A stretch of 64,000 nt of DNA. It comes from a phage. Positions 36,914 to 47,126 of the stretch are shown here, piece after piece. The position numbers were made by a program, and so were the translations under genes. The notes beneath the pieces were generated by a model. It made no database searches, was not told the DNA's origin, and was given only the letters and a program-made list of their open reading frames with translations. The DNA lies in the sequence record PZ347775.1. One strand, written 5' to 3'. Each line of letters starts with the position of its first letter. Within the stretch, counting starts at the first letter, position 1.

Positions 36914-38479
36914 ATGACTATCAAAACTAAAGCTGAACTTTTGAACAAATGGAAGCCATTACTGGAAGGTGAAGGTTTACCGGAAATTGCTAATAGCAAA
37001 CAAGCGATTATCGCTAAAATCTTTGAAAACCAGGAAAAAGATTTCCAGACAGCTCCAGAATACAAAGACGAAAAAATCGCTCAGGCGTTCGGTTCTTTCT
37101 TAACAGAAGCTGAAATCGGTGGTGACCACGGTTACAATGCTACTAACATCGCTGCAGGTCAGACTTCTGGCGCAGTAACTCAGATTGGTCCGGCTGTTAT
37201 GGGTATGGTACGTCGTGCTATTCCTAACCTGATTGCTTTCGATATTTGCGGTGTTCAACCGATGAGCAGCCCGACCGGTCAGGTATTCGCACTGCGCGCA
37301 GTATATGGTAAAGATCCGATCGCTGCCGATGCTAAAGAAGCATTCCACCCAATGTATGGTCCAGACGCAATGTTCTCTGGTCAGGGTGCTGCTAAGAAAT
37401 TCCCAGCTCTGGCTGCTAGCACACAAACTACAGTAGGTGATATCTATACTCACTTCTTCCAGGACACTGGTACTGTATATCTGCAGGCTTCTGTTCAAGT
37501 AACAATCGATGCTGGCGCGACTGATGCAACTAAATTAGATGCTGAAATTAAAAAACAAATGGAAGCTGGTGCACTGGTAGAAATCGCTGAAGGTATGGCT
37601 ACTTCTATCGCTGAACTCCAGGAAGGTTTCAACGGTTCTACCGATAACCCATGGAATGAAATGGGCTTCCGTATCGATAAGCAAGTTATCGAAGCTAAAT
37701 CTCGCCAGCTGAAAGCTGCTTACTCTATCGAATTAGCACAAGACCTCCGCGCTGTTCACGGTATGGATGCTGATGCTGAACTGTCTGGTATTCTGGCTAC
37801 CGAAATCATGCTGGAAATCAACCGTGAAATTGTTGATTGGATTAACTACTCCGCACAGGTTGGTAAATCTGGTATGACCCTGACTCCGGGTTCTAAAGCT
37901 GGTGTATTTGACTTCCAGGATCCAATTGATATTCGTGGTGCTCGCTGGGCGGGTGAATCCTTTAAAGCTCTGTTGTTCCAGATTGACAAAGAAGCAGTTG
38001 AAATTGCTCGTCAGACCGGTCGTGGTGAAGGTAACTTCATTATCGCTTCCCGTAACGTAGTTAACGTTCTGGCTTCAGTTGATACTGGCATTTCTTATGC
38101 TGCACAGGGTCTGGCTACCGGCTTCAACACTGATACTACCAAGTCAGTATTTGCTGGTGTTCTGGGTGGTAAATACCGTGTATATATCGATCAGTATGCT
38201 AAACAGGATTATTTCACTGTAGGTTATAAAGGTCCGAACGAAATGGATGCTGGTATTTACTATGCTCCATATGTAGCTCTGACTCCGCTGCGTGGTTCCG
38301 ATCCGAAGAACTTCCAACCAGTAATGGGATTCAAAACTCGTTACGGTATCGGTATCAACCCATTTGCAGAATCCGCTGCTCAGGCTCCGGCTTCTCGCAT
38401 CCAGAGCGGTATGCCTTCTATTCTGAATAGCCTTGGTAAAAACGCTTACTTCCGCCGTGTATATGTTAAAGGTATCTAA
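36914..38479 (+). CDS. 23: gp23 major capsid protein (521 aa)
   Basis: Sequence recognised as near-identical to T4 gp23. Confidence 0.97.
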   Translation: MTIKTKAELLNKWKPLLEGEGLPEIANSKQAIIAKIFENQEKDFQTAPEYKDEKIAQAFGSFLTEAEIGGDHGYNATNIAAGQTSGAVTQIGPAVMGMVRRAIPNLIAFDICGVQPMSSPTGQVFALRAVYGKDPIAADAKEAFHPMYGPDAMFSGQGAAKKFPALAASTQTTVGDIYTHFFQDTGTVYLQASVQVTIDAGATDATKLDAEIKKQMEAGALVEIAEGMATSIAELQEGFNGSTDNPWNEMGFRIDKQVIEAKSRQLKAAYSIELAQDLRAVHGMDADAELSGILATEIMLEINREIVDWINYSAQVGKSGMTLTPGSKAGVFDFQDPIDIRGARWAGESFKALLFQIDKEAVEIARQTGRGEGNFIIASRNVVNVLASVDTGISYAAQGLATGFNTDTTKSVFAGVLGGKYRVYIDQYAKQDYFTVGYKGPNEMDAGIYYAPYVALTPLRGSDPKNFQPVMGFKTRYGIGINPFAESAAQAPASRIQSGMPSILNSLGKNAYFRRVYVKGI

Positions 38480-38494
38480 TCTTTGACGATTTAA

Positions 38495-38520
38495 GGGACC
38501 TTCGGGTCCCTTTAGTTGTT
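38495..38520 (+). terminator. rho-independent terminator (GGGACCTTCGGGTCCC plus T-run) after gene 23
   Basis: Perfect hairpin with UUCG loop followed by T-rich tract. Confidence 0.6.
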
Positions 38521-38527
38521 TTTATGG

Positions 38528-38535
38528 TATAAATA
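38528..38535 (+). promoter_or_regulatory. T4 late promoter TATAAATA for gene 24
   Basis: Exact motif upstream of gene 24. Confidence 0.55.
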
Positions 38536-38562
38536 AATCATATAAACCAAAAGGAAAGCGCA

Positions 38563-39846
38563 ATGGCTAAAATCAACGAACTTCTGCGCGAATCAACCAC
38601 AACGAATAGCAACTCAATCGGTCGCCCAAATCTCGTTGCTTTGACTCGCGCTACCACTAAATTAATATATTCTGACATTGTAGCAACGCAAAGAACTAAT
38701 CAACCTGTTGCTGCTTTTTATGGTATCAAATACCTTAACCCAGATAACGAATTTACGTTTAAAACTGGTGCTACTTACGCTGGCGAAGCTGGATATGTAG
38801 ACCGAGAACAAATCACAGAATTAACAGAAGAGTCTAAATTAACTCTCAATAAAGGCGATTTATTCAAATATAATAATATCGTTTATAAAGTATTAGAAGA
38901 TACACCATTTGCTACCATTGAAGAAAGCGATTTAGAATTAGCTCTTCAGATTGCAATTGTTCTTTTAAAGGTTCGTCTATTTTCTGACGCAGCGTCAACG
39001 AGCAAATTTGAAAGCTCTGATAGCGAAATTGCGGATGCTAGATTCCAGATTAATAAATGGCAAACCGCAGTTAAATCTCGTAAACTTAAAACTGGCATTA
39101 CGGTTGAATTAGCACAAGATTTAGAAGCAAATGGATTCGATGCTCCTAATTTCTTGGAAGATTTGCTTGCAACTGAAATGGCAGATGAAATCAATAAAGA
39201 TATTCTGCAGTCTTTGATTACAGTATCAAAACGTTATAAAGTTACAGGAATTACTGATACTGGATTCATTGATTTGAGTTATGCATCTGCACCTGAAGCT
39301 GGTCGTTCATTATACCGAATGGTATGTGAAATGGTTTCGCATATCCAAAAAGAATCAACTTATACTGCAACGTTCTGTGTTGCTTCAGCTCGTGCCGCTG
39401 CGATTCTTGCTGCATCAGGTTGGTTAAAACATAAACCAGAAGATGACAAATATCTTTCACAAAATGCCTACGGGTTCTTAGCTAATGGTTTACCGCTTTA
39501 TTGCGATACTAACAGCCCATTAGATTATGTAATCGTTGGTGTAGTAGAAAATATCGGTGAAAAAGAAATCGTCGGATCAATTTTCTATGCTCCGTATACA
39601 GAAGGTCTTGACTTAGATGACCCTGAACATGTAGGTGCATTTAAAGTTGTAGTTGATCCAGAAAGTTTGCAGCCATCTATCGGTTTATTGGTTAGATATG
39701 CTTTATCTGCAAATCCTTATACTGTAGCAAAAGATGAAAAAGAAGCAAGAATAATTGATGGTGGAGACATGGATAAAATGGCGGGTCGTTCAGATTTGTC
39801 TGTTTTATTAGGTGTTAAGCTACCAAAAATTATCGTTGATGAATAA
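38563..39846 (+). CDS. 24: gp24 head vertex protein (427 aa)
   Basis: Length and order as T4. Confidence 0.95.
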   Translation: MAKINELLRESTTTNSNSIGRPNLVALTRATTKLIYSDIVATQRTNQPVAAFYGIKYLNPDNEFTFKTGATYAGEAGYVDREQITELTEESKLTLNKGDLFKYNNIVYKVLEDTPFATIEESDLELALQIAIVLLKVRLFSDAASTSKFESSDSEIADARFQINKWQTAVKSRKLKTGITVELAQDLEANGFDAPNFLEDLLATEMADEINKDILQSLITVSKRYKVTGITDTGFIDLSYASAPEAGRSLYRMVCEMVSHIQKESTYTATFCVASARAAAILAASGWLKHKPEDDKYLSQNAYGFLANGLPLYCDTNSPLDYVIVGVVENIGEKEIVGSIFYAPYTEGLDLDDPEHVGAFKVVVDPESLQPSIGLLVRYALSANPYTVAKDEKEARIIDGGDMDKMAGRSDLSVLLGVKLPKIIVDE

Positions 39847-39851
39847 AACAA

Positions 39852-39869
39852 AGGGACCGAAAGGTCCCT
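39852..39869. terminator. bidirectional terminator hairpin (AGGGACCGAAAGGTCCCT) between convergent gene 24 and rnlB
   Basis: Perfect hairpin with T-runs on both sides. Confidence 0.55.
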
Positions 39870-39874
39870 TTTAT

Positions 39875-40879
39875 TTAACTTACCAATTCAATCCAAGCCG
39901 GACGAAGCACATCTTGTACCATTTTAACTAATTCCTTTTTAATCAAAGAAGGATTATCTGCTTGAGTTAGAGTAATACCTTCACGAGAAGTTTCTTCCAA
40001 AATATCTTGAACAGTTAGCCCCATCACCTTTCCAAAATCTTTTGGACCAATTTCGCCAATTTTAGAAATAACGTTATTTACTCGGTTCAGTGTAACATAG
40101 CAAGCTAAAATTCCCAGCAATTTATTATCAGCTTCTGACAACTCAACTTTAGCTTTAATAGGCTTATCAGACTTTTTCTTTTCGCTAAATTTAGAGTTCT
40201 TGCATTTAATCGCTACACGATTGCCATTAGGCATCCAAGAAGGATAACAAGGTTTCAATACATATCCTTCAGCAGTAAATACTTCGCCTTTTGCTTCGGC
40301 ATTCCAAACGCATTTATTTGCATCAACTAATCCAGCATGGTCTACCGTAAAATTATAATCTTGGACAACAGAATCTAAATCGTTTGGCAATTTAATAAGC
40401 TCTTCAAATTTACCACGACCCAAAAGTGGAGCCATTTTAAATTTGAATGTATTACAGAATGATTCCATCATATAATCATCGACATAAGTCACATCACCAC
40501 TTTCTGTAGTAACAATAATGTCAAATACATAAAAATCTTTATCACCATAATCAACATTCTTCTGAATGCCAGGTCCAGCGAATTCGCCGAAGACTTGATA
40601 AGATACAACTGCCGAAGTTTCCATAATATCTTGTACAGCTTTAATGGAATCAGCGTAATTCTTTAGAATAATTTCATACCCAAAGAAATCTTCAGCAGGA
40701 AGAATAGGACCAGTACGTTTAGCACAAGTTACTTTATCACGCTCAATAATCAATGAAAAGTTTGTACCATGAATCTTTTCACGAGCTACCCATTCGCCGC
40801 CAGTCAATCCTAAACTGTAGAGTTTTTCAATGAATTTAGAATTGTAATGATTTTCAAGACTGCTATACTTTTTAAACAT
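39875..40879 (-). CDS. rnlB: RNA ligase 2 (334 aa)
   Basis: Nucleotidyltransferase motif I around KIHGTN; length as T4 Rnl2. Confidence 0.9.
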   Translation of the reverse strand: MFKKYSSLENHYNSKFIEKLYSLGLTGGEWVAREKIHGTNFSLIIERDKVTCAKRTGPILPAEDFFGYEIILKNYADSIKAVQDIMETSAVVSYQVFGEFAGPGIQKNVDYGDKDFYVFDIIVTTESGDVTYVDDYMMESFCNTFKFKMAPLLGRGKFEELIKLPNDLDSVVQDYNFTVDHAGLVDANKCVWNAEAKGEVFTAEGYVLKPCYPSWMPNGNRVAIKCKNSKFSEKKKSDKPIKAKVELSEADNKLLGILACYVTLNRVNNVISKIGEIGPKDFGKVMGLTVQDILEETSREGITLTQADNPSLIKKELVKMVQDVLRPAWIELVS

Positions 40880-40888
40880 AATTAATCC

Positions 40889-41167
40889 TCAAAATGTAAT
40901 TTCTAACCAATCACCATCACGCTGATCACTATTGACTTTAAAGCTAAATCCTTCTTTTCTCAGCCAATCACCAATTTCTTCAGTAATCAATTTATCGCGA
41001 GCAGTACAATAATAACTAAAATATGTTTTACCTTGTTCAGCTGCTTTATTAGCAAGTTCCGAAAAATCTTTAATAAAACATTCTAGTTTAAACTGTTTAC
41101 TTTTAAGTGCTTTTTCGCGTAATTGATTAGCAAAAGATTCATTTTCATAAAGATCATACTGTTCCAT
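40889..41167 (-). CDS. hypothetical protein (92 aa), 24.2 position
   Basis: ORF between rnlB and hoc. Confidence 0.6.
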   Translation of the reverse strand: MEQYDLYENESFANQLREKALKSKQFKLECFIKDFSELANKAAEQGKTYFSYYCTARDKLITEEIGDWLRKEGFSFKVNSDQRDGDWLEITF

Positions 41168-41369
41168 TTTTCACCTTTTTATTAATATGTCTTTTTCTAT
41201 AGACAACTTTTTCTCGAGTCTCAAATTTATTCTTAGCAGTCATAGCTCGAGCCCAAAATACAGCCACTTCTTTCGCCTGCAAGTTCAATTCACGAGCAAT
41301 TTCAATGAATGACTTTCCAGACTCATGAAGAGTAAACACCACAACCTCAGTTCTCATAATCAATCTCAT
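41154..41369 (-). CDS. hypothetical protein (71 aa), 24.3 position
   Basis: ORF overlapping the start of the previous ORF. Confidence 0.55.
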   Translation of the reverse strand: MRLIMRTEVVVFTLHESGKSFIEIARELNLQAKEVAVFWARAMTAKNKFETREKVVYRKRHINKKVKNGTV

Positions 41370-41437
41370 GTTATCGAGTTGATGCCATTATATACAACGT
41401 TTTCTGATTGTGTCTTGCGTGCTTTCAAAATGAAGAA

Positions 41438-41453
41438 AGGGGCCGAAGCCCCT
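41438..41453 (-). terminator. stem-loop AGGGGCCGAAGCCCCT just after hoc
   Basis: Identical to the hairpins at 694 and 61702. Confidence 0.4.
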
Positions 41454-41457
41454 GAGA

Positions 41458-42588
41458 TTATGGATAGGTATAGATGATACCAGTTTCTAAAGCAGTTTTA
41501 TGAATGATGTATCCATTGCGCGATTCTTGAACATCAACTTCTGGATAGTCTTTCATCATCTTCTGAAGAGTGTAACGATGCAAGTAGTACTTACTATCTG
41601 GGTCGTCAGTTTTCCAATCTTTACCTTCTTCAGTCATTTTTTGGATTTCATCCATAACCCACCAACCGCACCAGATGTAAGCTGAAGTGCGATGTGGAAG
41701 AGGATGAACATAAGGTAATTCACCTTCTGGTTCCGGAGCAACTTTATCAGTTACCTGAACTTGACCTTCTGCTGTGATAGTTTTGCTATCATAGTCAGTT
41801 GCTGTAACGACAGCAGTAACTTCAATAGTTTGACTTCCAATAGATGATGTATCAACGGTGTATACATTAGTTGACCCTTCTACTGGAGAAGAATCTTTCT
41901 TCCATGAATACTCAATTTGCGCTTCTTCTGGAGCATCAGTGACATTAGCAGTAAATGTAGCTGAAGCATCTTGCTGAACATTAATAGAAGGAGGAGTCAA
42001 TGTAACCTGTGGATTCATTGTCTTCTTATTAACAGTCAGTGATACTTCATTAGAAGTAACTTCCTTTGCATCATAATCTGTTGCGGTTACTTGAGCCACA
42101 CACTTAATTCTTTTTACCCCGCTTTCGGCAGGAGTGTAATTGAACGTAGCGTTAGTTGCTTCGCCCACAGGAGAATCATCTACATACCATTGATAAGTAG
42201 CAGACGCTCCAACCGGTTGAGAAGCTAAGGCAGCAGTAAATTGAACTGGGGTTCCAATTACTCCAGCTGAAGGACTATCTGGAGTTACTGCCAAAGTAGT
42301 TGTCTGTGTCTTATTTTGAACTGTGATAGTTGTAGTAGCTTCTGCTGTTTCAGCTTCAGCTTCTGGAACTGTATTTGTTGCAACTACTTTAATAGTCTTT
42401 TGACCGGCAGGTCCTTTTAGTACATAACTAAAAGTTGCTTCAGCTCCATCTTGTGGAACATCATCTACAGTCCAAGCATAGGTAATAGTTCCGCCTCCAG
42501 TTTCACCACTGGGTGTAGCAGTAAACTGCTGAGTCTGATCTATAACTCCAGTAGGTGTTTTAGGAGTTATATCAACTGTAAAAGCCAT
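41458..42588 (-). CDS. hoc: Hoc, highly immunogenic outer capsid protein (376 aa)
   Basis: Tandem Ig-like domains and C-terminal capsid-binding region; length as T4. Confidence 0.9.
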   Translation of the reverse strand: MAFTVDITPKTPTGVIDQTQQFTATPSGETGGGTITYAWTVDDVPQDGAEATFSYVLKGPAGQKTIKVVATNTVPEAEAETAEATTTITVQNKTQTTTLAVTPDSPSAGVIGTPVQFTAALASQPVGASATYQWYVDDSPVGEATNATFNYTPAESGVKRIKCVAQVTATDYDAKEVTSNEVSLTVNKKTMNPQVTLTPPSINVQQDASATFTANVTDAPEEAQIEYSWKKDSSPVEGSTNVYTVDTSSIGSQTIEVTAVVTATDYDSKTITAEGQVQVTDKVAPEPEGELPYVHPLPHRTSAYIWCGWWVMDEIQKMTEEGKDWKTDDPDSKYYLHRYTLQKMMKDYPEVDVQESRNGYIIHKTALETGIIYTYP

Positions 42589-42597
42589 AAGTTATCC

Positions 42598-43278
42598 TTA
42601 TTTTAATGTTACGAAAGAAGAGTTGCGTGTTTCACGAATTAAAACTGATCCGTCGCGGTTAATGTAATAAATTAAGCTAAATAAAGTTTGGTGTGCTGAC
42701 GCGTGTTCAAAACTAGTTGGGTGAGATTTCCAATCCGGAGTTTCAGCAATCCACTGGTAAATCCACCAAGGAACAGTACAGAATCCTGGATTTTTTCCAA
42801 TCAGCTGAAGATTCGGACTAAAGTTTTCCGGAAGAGTAAATACAGACGGCTTTTCAGATTCAATAATCTCAGCTACGGCCTGCTCGAATTTTTCTTCAAC
42901 AAAAGGAGTATCTTCAATCAAAACATCGGTATTTTCAGGAATTTTATCCTTTTCTACTACTTCAATTTTAATGTCAGATTTAACCGGAGAATCAATCAGA
43001 AGTGCTGCTTCTGGATTGACTTCTTCATCGTCATATTTTAATCCTTCTGCAGCATCAGCAGCATTAATTAAGTCTTTAATAGATAACCCATCAGTCTCTG
43101 GCATAGGTTCACTAGCGAGCTTCTGGAGGGCTTCTTCAATATCAGCAACGATATTATCAAAAGATTTATTCTTTTTGACCTTTATACCAAACTGTTCAGC
43201 ATATTCAGCTAATTTAGCTTTAGCTTCTTTATTATCATCAAGAGCCTTCAGCTCTGCAATATAATCTTTATCTATCAT
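42598..43278 (-). CDS. inh: Inh, inhibitor of prohead protease (226 aa)
   Basis: Length and position as T4. Confidence 0.85.
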   Translation of the reverse strand: MIDKDYIAELKALDDNKEAKAKLAEYAEQFGIKVKKNKSFDNIVADIEEALQKLASEPMPETDGLSIKDLINAADAAEGLKYDDEEVNPEAALLIDSPVKSDIKIEVVEKDKIPENTDVLIEDTPFVEEKFEQAVAEIIESEKPSVFTLPENFSPNLQLIGKNPGFCTVPWWIYQWIAETPDWKSHPTSFEHASAHQTLFSLIYYINRDGSVLIRETRNSSFVTLK

Positions 43279-43291
43279 AATATTTCCTCAG

Positions 43292-43299
43292 TATAAATA
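43292..43299 (+). promoter_or_regulatory. T4 late promoter TATAAATA upstream of uvsW
   Basis: Exact motif in the inh / uvsW divergent gap. Confidence 0.5.
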
Positions 43300-43328
43300 T
43301 AGATATATTTATTACATGGTATTTAGAC

Positions 43329-44840
43329 ATGACTGACATTAAAGTACATTTTTATGATTTTAGTCACGTGAGAATTGATTGTGAAGAAAGTACATTTCAT
43401 GAACTCCGTGATTTCTTTAGCTTTGAAGCTGATGGGTATCGTTTTAATCCGAAGTACAAATATGGCCACTGGGATGGACGAATCCGTCTTTTAGATTATA
43501 ATCGCCTTCTTCCATTTGGTTTAGTCGGGCAAATTAAAAAGTTCTGTGATAACTTTGGCTATAAAGCCTGGATTGACCCACAGATTAACGAAAAAGAAGA
43601 ATTATCAAGAAAAGATTTTGATGAATGGCTTTCTAAGTTAGAAATCTATTCAGGAAATAAAAGAATTGAACCGCACTGGTATCAAAAAGATGCAGTGTTC
43701 GAAGGATTAGTTAATCGTCGTAGAATTCTTAATCTTCCAACATCCGCAGGTAAATCATTAATTCAAGCTTTGCTTGCACGTTATTATTTGGAAAATTATG
43801 AAGGTAAAATTCTTATCATTGTTCCAACAACTGCTCTGACAACTCAGATGGCTGATGACTTTGTTGACTATCGTTTATTCAGTCATGCAATGATAAAGAA
43901 AATCGGTGGTGGAGCATCAAAAGATGATAAATATAAAAATGATGCACCGGTCGTTGTTGGTACATGGCAAACTGTAGTAAAACAACCGAAAGAATGGTTC
44001 TCACAGTTTGGAATGATGATGAATGATGAATGCCATCTTGCTACAGGAAAAAGTATTTCATCTATCATATCAGGTTTAAATAACTGCATGTTCAAATTTG
44101 GTCTATCAGGTTCATTACGTGATGGCAAAGCTAATATCATGCAGTATGTTGGAATGTTTGGTGAAATATTTAAGCCAGTAACGACTTCTAAATTAATGGA
44201 AGATGGACAAGTAACTGAGTTAAAAATTAATAGTATTTTTCTTCGCTATCCTGATGAGTTCACTACTAAATTAAAGGGAAAAACTTACCAAGAAGAAATA
44301 AAAATTATTACTGGGCTCAGTAAAAGAAATAAATGGATCGCTAAATTAGCTATTAAACTTGCACAAAAAGATGAAAACGCTTTTGTCATGTTTAAACACG
44401 TATCGCACGGTAAAGCTATTTTCGATTTAATTAAAAATGAATACGATAAAGTTTATTACGTATCAGGGGAAGTTGATACCGAAACACGCAACGTAATGAA
44501 AACCCTAGCTGAAAACGGTAAAGGAATAATTATAGTAGCTAGTTATGGTGTATTTTCTACTGGTATTTCAGTTAAAAATCTGCATCACGTTGTTTTAGCG
44601 CACGGTGTTAAATCTAAAATTATTGTATTGCAAACAATAGGTCGCGTATTACGTAAGCATGGTTCTAAAACAATCGCAACAGTCTGGGACCTCATAGATG
44701 ATTGCGGTGTTAAGCCAAAATCTGCTAATACGAAAAAGAAATACGTTCATTTGAACTATCTTTTAAAACATGGCATTGATCGTATTCAGCGCTACGCAGA
44801 TGAAAAATTTAATTACGTAATGAAAACAGTTAATTTATAA
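43329..44840 (+). CDS. uvsW: UvsW DNA helicase (503 aa)
   Basis: Walker A PTSAGKS and DECH box. Confidence 0.95.
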   Translation: MTDIKVHFYDFSHVRIDCEESTFHELRDFFSFEADGYRFNPKYKYGHWDGRIRLLDYNRLLPFGLVGQIKKFCDNFGYKAWIDPQINEKEELSRKDFDEWLSKLEIYSGNKRIEPHWYQKDAVFEGLVNRRRILNLPTSAGKSLIQALLARYYLENYEGKILIIVPTTALTTQMADDFVDYRLFSHAMIKKIGGGASKDDKYKNDAPVVVGTWQTVVKQPKEWFSQFGMMMNDECHLATGKSISSIISGLNNCMFKFGLSGSLRDGKANIMQYVGMFGEIFKPVTTSKLMEDGQVTELKINSIFLRYPDEFTTKLKGKTYQEEIKIITGLSKRNKWIAKLAIKLAQKDENAFVMFKHVSHGKAIFDLIKNEYDKVYYVSGEVDTETRNVMKTLAENGKGIIIVASYGVFSTGISVKNLHHVVLAHGVKSKIIVLQTIGRVLRKHGSKTIATVWDLIDDCGVKPKSANTKKKYVHLNYLLKHGIDRIQRYADEKFNYVMKTVNL

Positions 44841-44865
44841 GGGCTTCGGCCCTTTGGAGAAAAAG

Positions 44866-45096
44866 ATGTTACTAGAATTTAAACAATTTCTTTATGAAGC
44901 TTCTATTGATGAATTTATGGGTAAAATTGCCTCTTGCCAAACATTAGAAGGTCTAGAAGAACTTGAAGCTTATTATAAGAAAAGAGTTAAAGAAACTGAA
45001 TTAAAAGATACTGATGACATCTCCGTGAGAGATGCTTTGGCAGGAAAAAGAGCTGAATTAGAAGATTCAGACGATGAAGTAGAAGAAAGCTTTTAA
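44866..45096 (+). CDS. uvsW.1: UvsW.1 (76 aa)
   Basis: Track ORF begins at a TTG; the ATG at 44866 has SD GGAG and is preceded by hairpin GGGCTTCGGCCC. Confidence 0.8.
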   Translation: MLLEFKQFLYEASIDEFMGKIASCQTLEGLEELEAYYKKRVKETELKDTDDISVRDALAGKRAELEDSDDEVEESF

Positions 45097-45151
45097 ATTA
45101 AAAAAGGCCCAACCAAAAAGGAAGGGCCAAAACTATAGACTAAAGGTCACA

Positions 45152-45319
45152 CTATAGCAAAAGTTGTGTTTCATTTAATTGTTCTTCCGAACTTTCTGAA
45201 ACTGGTAGTTCTTTAATGTAATTATAGCAAGGCCCAGGATGTACAGGACCTTTGTCTGTTTCAACAACCAATGCAGAATCGATTGGAGTTTTACAGACAA
45301 CACAAATCTTATCTGACAT
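45152..45319 (-). CDS. small Cys-containing protein (55 aa), not in ORF track
   Basis: SD GAGGAG 6 nt before ATG; protein MSDKICVVCKTP...HPGPCYNY has a CxxC...C pattern. Confidence 0.5.
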   Translation of the reverse strand: MSDKICVVCKTPIDSALVVETDKGPVHPGPCYNYIKELPVSESSEEQLNETQLLL

Positions 45320-45347
45320 GATTGTCTCCTCTAAATTATATATCTAT

Positions 45348-45572
45348 TTATATAACTCTCATATGCATATCAATGCCCATATCTTTAGAATAAAAATATT
45401 CATCAAGATATCCGGCAAATTTTCCTTTAATATAAAGGACATCTTCACCGCATGGGTGGTCGGCCAGGATACGAATATCCTGACGCTTGAGATTATACTT
45501 TTTCATTAAGAATTGAATTTCCGTTTCGAATTCTTCTTCATAATTAAAAGCATCATCAATGCTATATTTCAT
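45348..45572 (-). CDS. small protein downstream of uvsY (74 aa)
   Basis: ORF abutting the uvsY stop. Confidence 0.6.
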   Translation of the reverse strand: MKYSIDDAFNYEEEFETEIQFLMKKYNLKRQDIRILADHPCGEDVLYIKGKFAGYLDEYFYSKDMGIDMHMRVI

Positions 45573-45985
45573 TATTTTCCAGCCTCAAATGCTCGCATGT
45601 CTTGAATATGCTTAATAGCAAATCCGCGTGATTTAATAGCATCAAGAGCTCCGCTACAGAAATCCAATAAAATTCCCCAATATTGTAATGAAGTATCAAC
45701 TTTTAAAACATCCTTATCAGCTGATAGAACTGTCTTCATTTCTGATTTCTCATAACGATCCATACTAAATTCATCACCATCTCCTCGTCCCGAGTAGTAG
45801 TCTAATTTAGCTTTAAGAGCAACTTTTTTCTGTGCGTCAATTCTAAGCATTTCCTTTTTAATACTTGAATGCTTATTGAGCCATTTACTATATAACATCA
45901 CATTATTAGCTGCTTCATACTGTAATTTAGTCGAATCTATAAACACATCTTTCTTCAATTCTTCTTGAAGATCTTCTAATCTCAT
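45572..45985 (-). CDS. uvsY: UvsY recombination mediator (137 aa)
   Basis: Sequence and length as T4 UvsY. Confidence 0.95.
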   Translation of the reverse strand: MRLEDLQEELKKDVFIDSTKLQYEAANNVMLYSKWLNKHSSIKKEMLRIDAQKKVALKAKLDYYSGRGDGDEFSMDRYEKSEMKTVLSADKDVLKVDTSLQYWGILLDFCSGALDAIKSRGFAIKHIQDMRAFEAGK

Positions 45986-46025
45986 ATTGTTCTCTATTCA
46001 ATTGTTATTGGATGGACTTAGATTC

Positions 46026-46051
46026 ATTATACCACGTTTACGCGTGAAGCA
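46026..46051 (-). promoter_or_regulatory. MotA-dependent middle promoter (TGCTTCA, 13 bp, TATAAT) for uvsY
   Basis: MotA box and perfect -10 on minus strand between gene 25 and uvsY. Confidence 0.5.
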
Positions 46052-46450
46052 TTATACTCTATTACTGGAAGCCAATTGCAGTTTTATCTGCTCAATATCA
46101 TCAGGGTTATCGATGACCGAAAAGCGTATTTCTACTATCAGAGTATAATCATCATAAACCGGTATTACATTAACTGCTAATTTATCAATACGTGGCTCGT
46201 AGTTTCTTACTGCGCTTTCGATGTTACGCTCAACTGTATCAGCAGTAAGAGGAGTCATATTCTCAAAAAGCTGATCAGATAAATCGCATCCAAATTCTGG
46301 GTCAAAAGGTCTCGACCCTTTTCTGGTTGTAATAATTCCTAAAAGGCTATTTTTAATTGACCTTAATCCAAGAGATCTAGAAACATCTTTGTCCCAATCC
46401 ATTTTCATTTCTGGGTCAATGTCAGAATAAAGCTTATTAATATTTGCCAT
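46052..46450 (-). CDS. 25: gp25 baseplate wedge (132 aa)
   Basis: Length and order as T4. Confidence 0.95.
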   Translation of the reverse strand: MANINKLYSDIDPEMKMDWDKDVSRSLGLRSIKNSLLGIITTRKGSRPFDPEFGCDLSDQLFENMTPLTADTVERNIESAVRNYEPRIDKLAVNVIPVYDDYTLIVEIRFSVIDNPDDIEQIKLQLASSNRV

Positions 46451-47076
46451 TACAATAGCTCAAAGAATTCTTTGAGTCCTCTTATTACATGAGCGTGAGT
46501 TTTTCCACACTCTGGACACTTAATTGGAACAGCCAAATAAACAGTAGGCTTTAAAAGCATATCTTTTATAGCTACAATATCTGACTCTGTGATGATAGAA
46601 TATAAATCTTCCAGTTCCTTTTCATTTAAGTCTTCAACTGGAATGCTTTCCCCGTTAGCATGAATCGTTTCTATGCATGATACTATCATGTGGGCTATAT
46701 TTTTATCATCAAAAATTTTAGGGTAATGGAACTTAATTTTAATGTCACCCAGTGTATACCAGAGGTCTTCTGGTGCATCTATCTGTGTATGTAATAGATT
46801 TATATGGGTTGGTATTTCAGTTCCACAGGTGCACTTCCAGGAGTTTTCATGATTAACTTCTCCAAGAGAATGTGCCCATAAATGAATCAGCAGTAGTTCT
46901 GATTCTTGGCGGTTTAAATCTTTTGCATTTGTGCAGTCTTTGATTAGCTTTTTAACGATCTCTTCGACTGAACCGTTCTTTTTAGCAGTAATAAGTTCTA
47001 GATATTCTTTAAGAGTAAATGCGCGACAGTTGATTATTTTAGAACCAACTCTCACGTCAAATTTGTATTCATACAT
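46450..47076 (-). CDS. 26: gp26 baseplate hub (208 aa)
   Basis: Length and order as T4. Confidence 0.9.
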   Translation of the reverse strand: MYEYKFDVRVGSKIINCRAFTLKEYLELITAKKNGSVEEIVKKLIKDCTNAKDLNRQESELLLIHLWAHSLGEVNHENSWKCTCGTEIPTHINLLHTQIDAPEDLWYTLGDIKIKFHYPKIFDDKNIAHMIVSCIETIHANGESIPVEDLNEKELEDLYSIITESDIVAIKDMLLKPTVYLAVPIKCPECGKTHAHVIRGLKEFFELL

Positions 47077-47097
47077 ATTTAGCTCCTTTATTTATCA

Positions 47098-47109
47098 TAT
47101 TTATAAATA
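47098..47109. promoter_or_regulatory. overlapping divergent late promoters (TATAAATA on both strands) between genes 26 and 51
   Basis: TATTTATAAATA contains the motif in both orientations. Confidence 0.5.
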
Positions 47110-47126
47110 GAATAAAAGGAGCATCT

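Noticed and set aside
44854-45096. UvsW.1 N-terminus (MLLEFKQFLYEA) resembling the internal-protein capsid targeting sequence
   Set aside because: The match is partial (no MK-x-Y start, different register), and UvsW.1 is a helicase-associated protein; most likely coincidental amphipathic-helix similarity.
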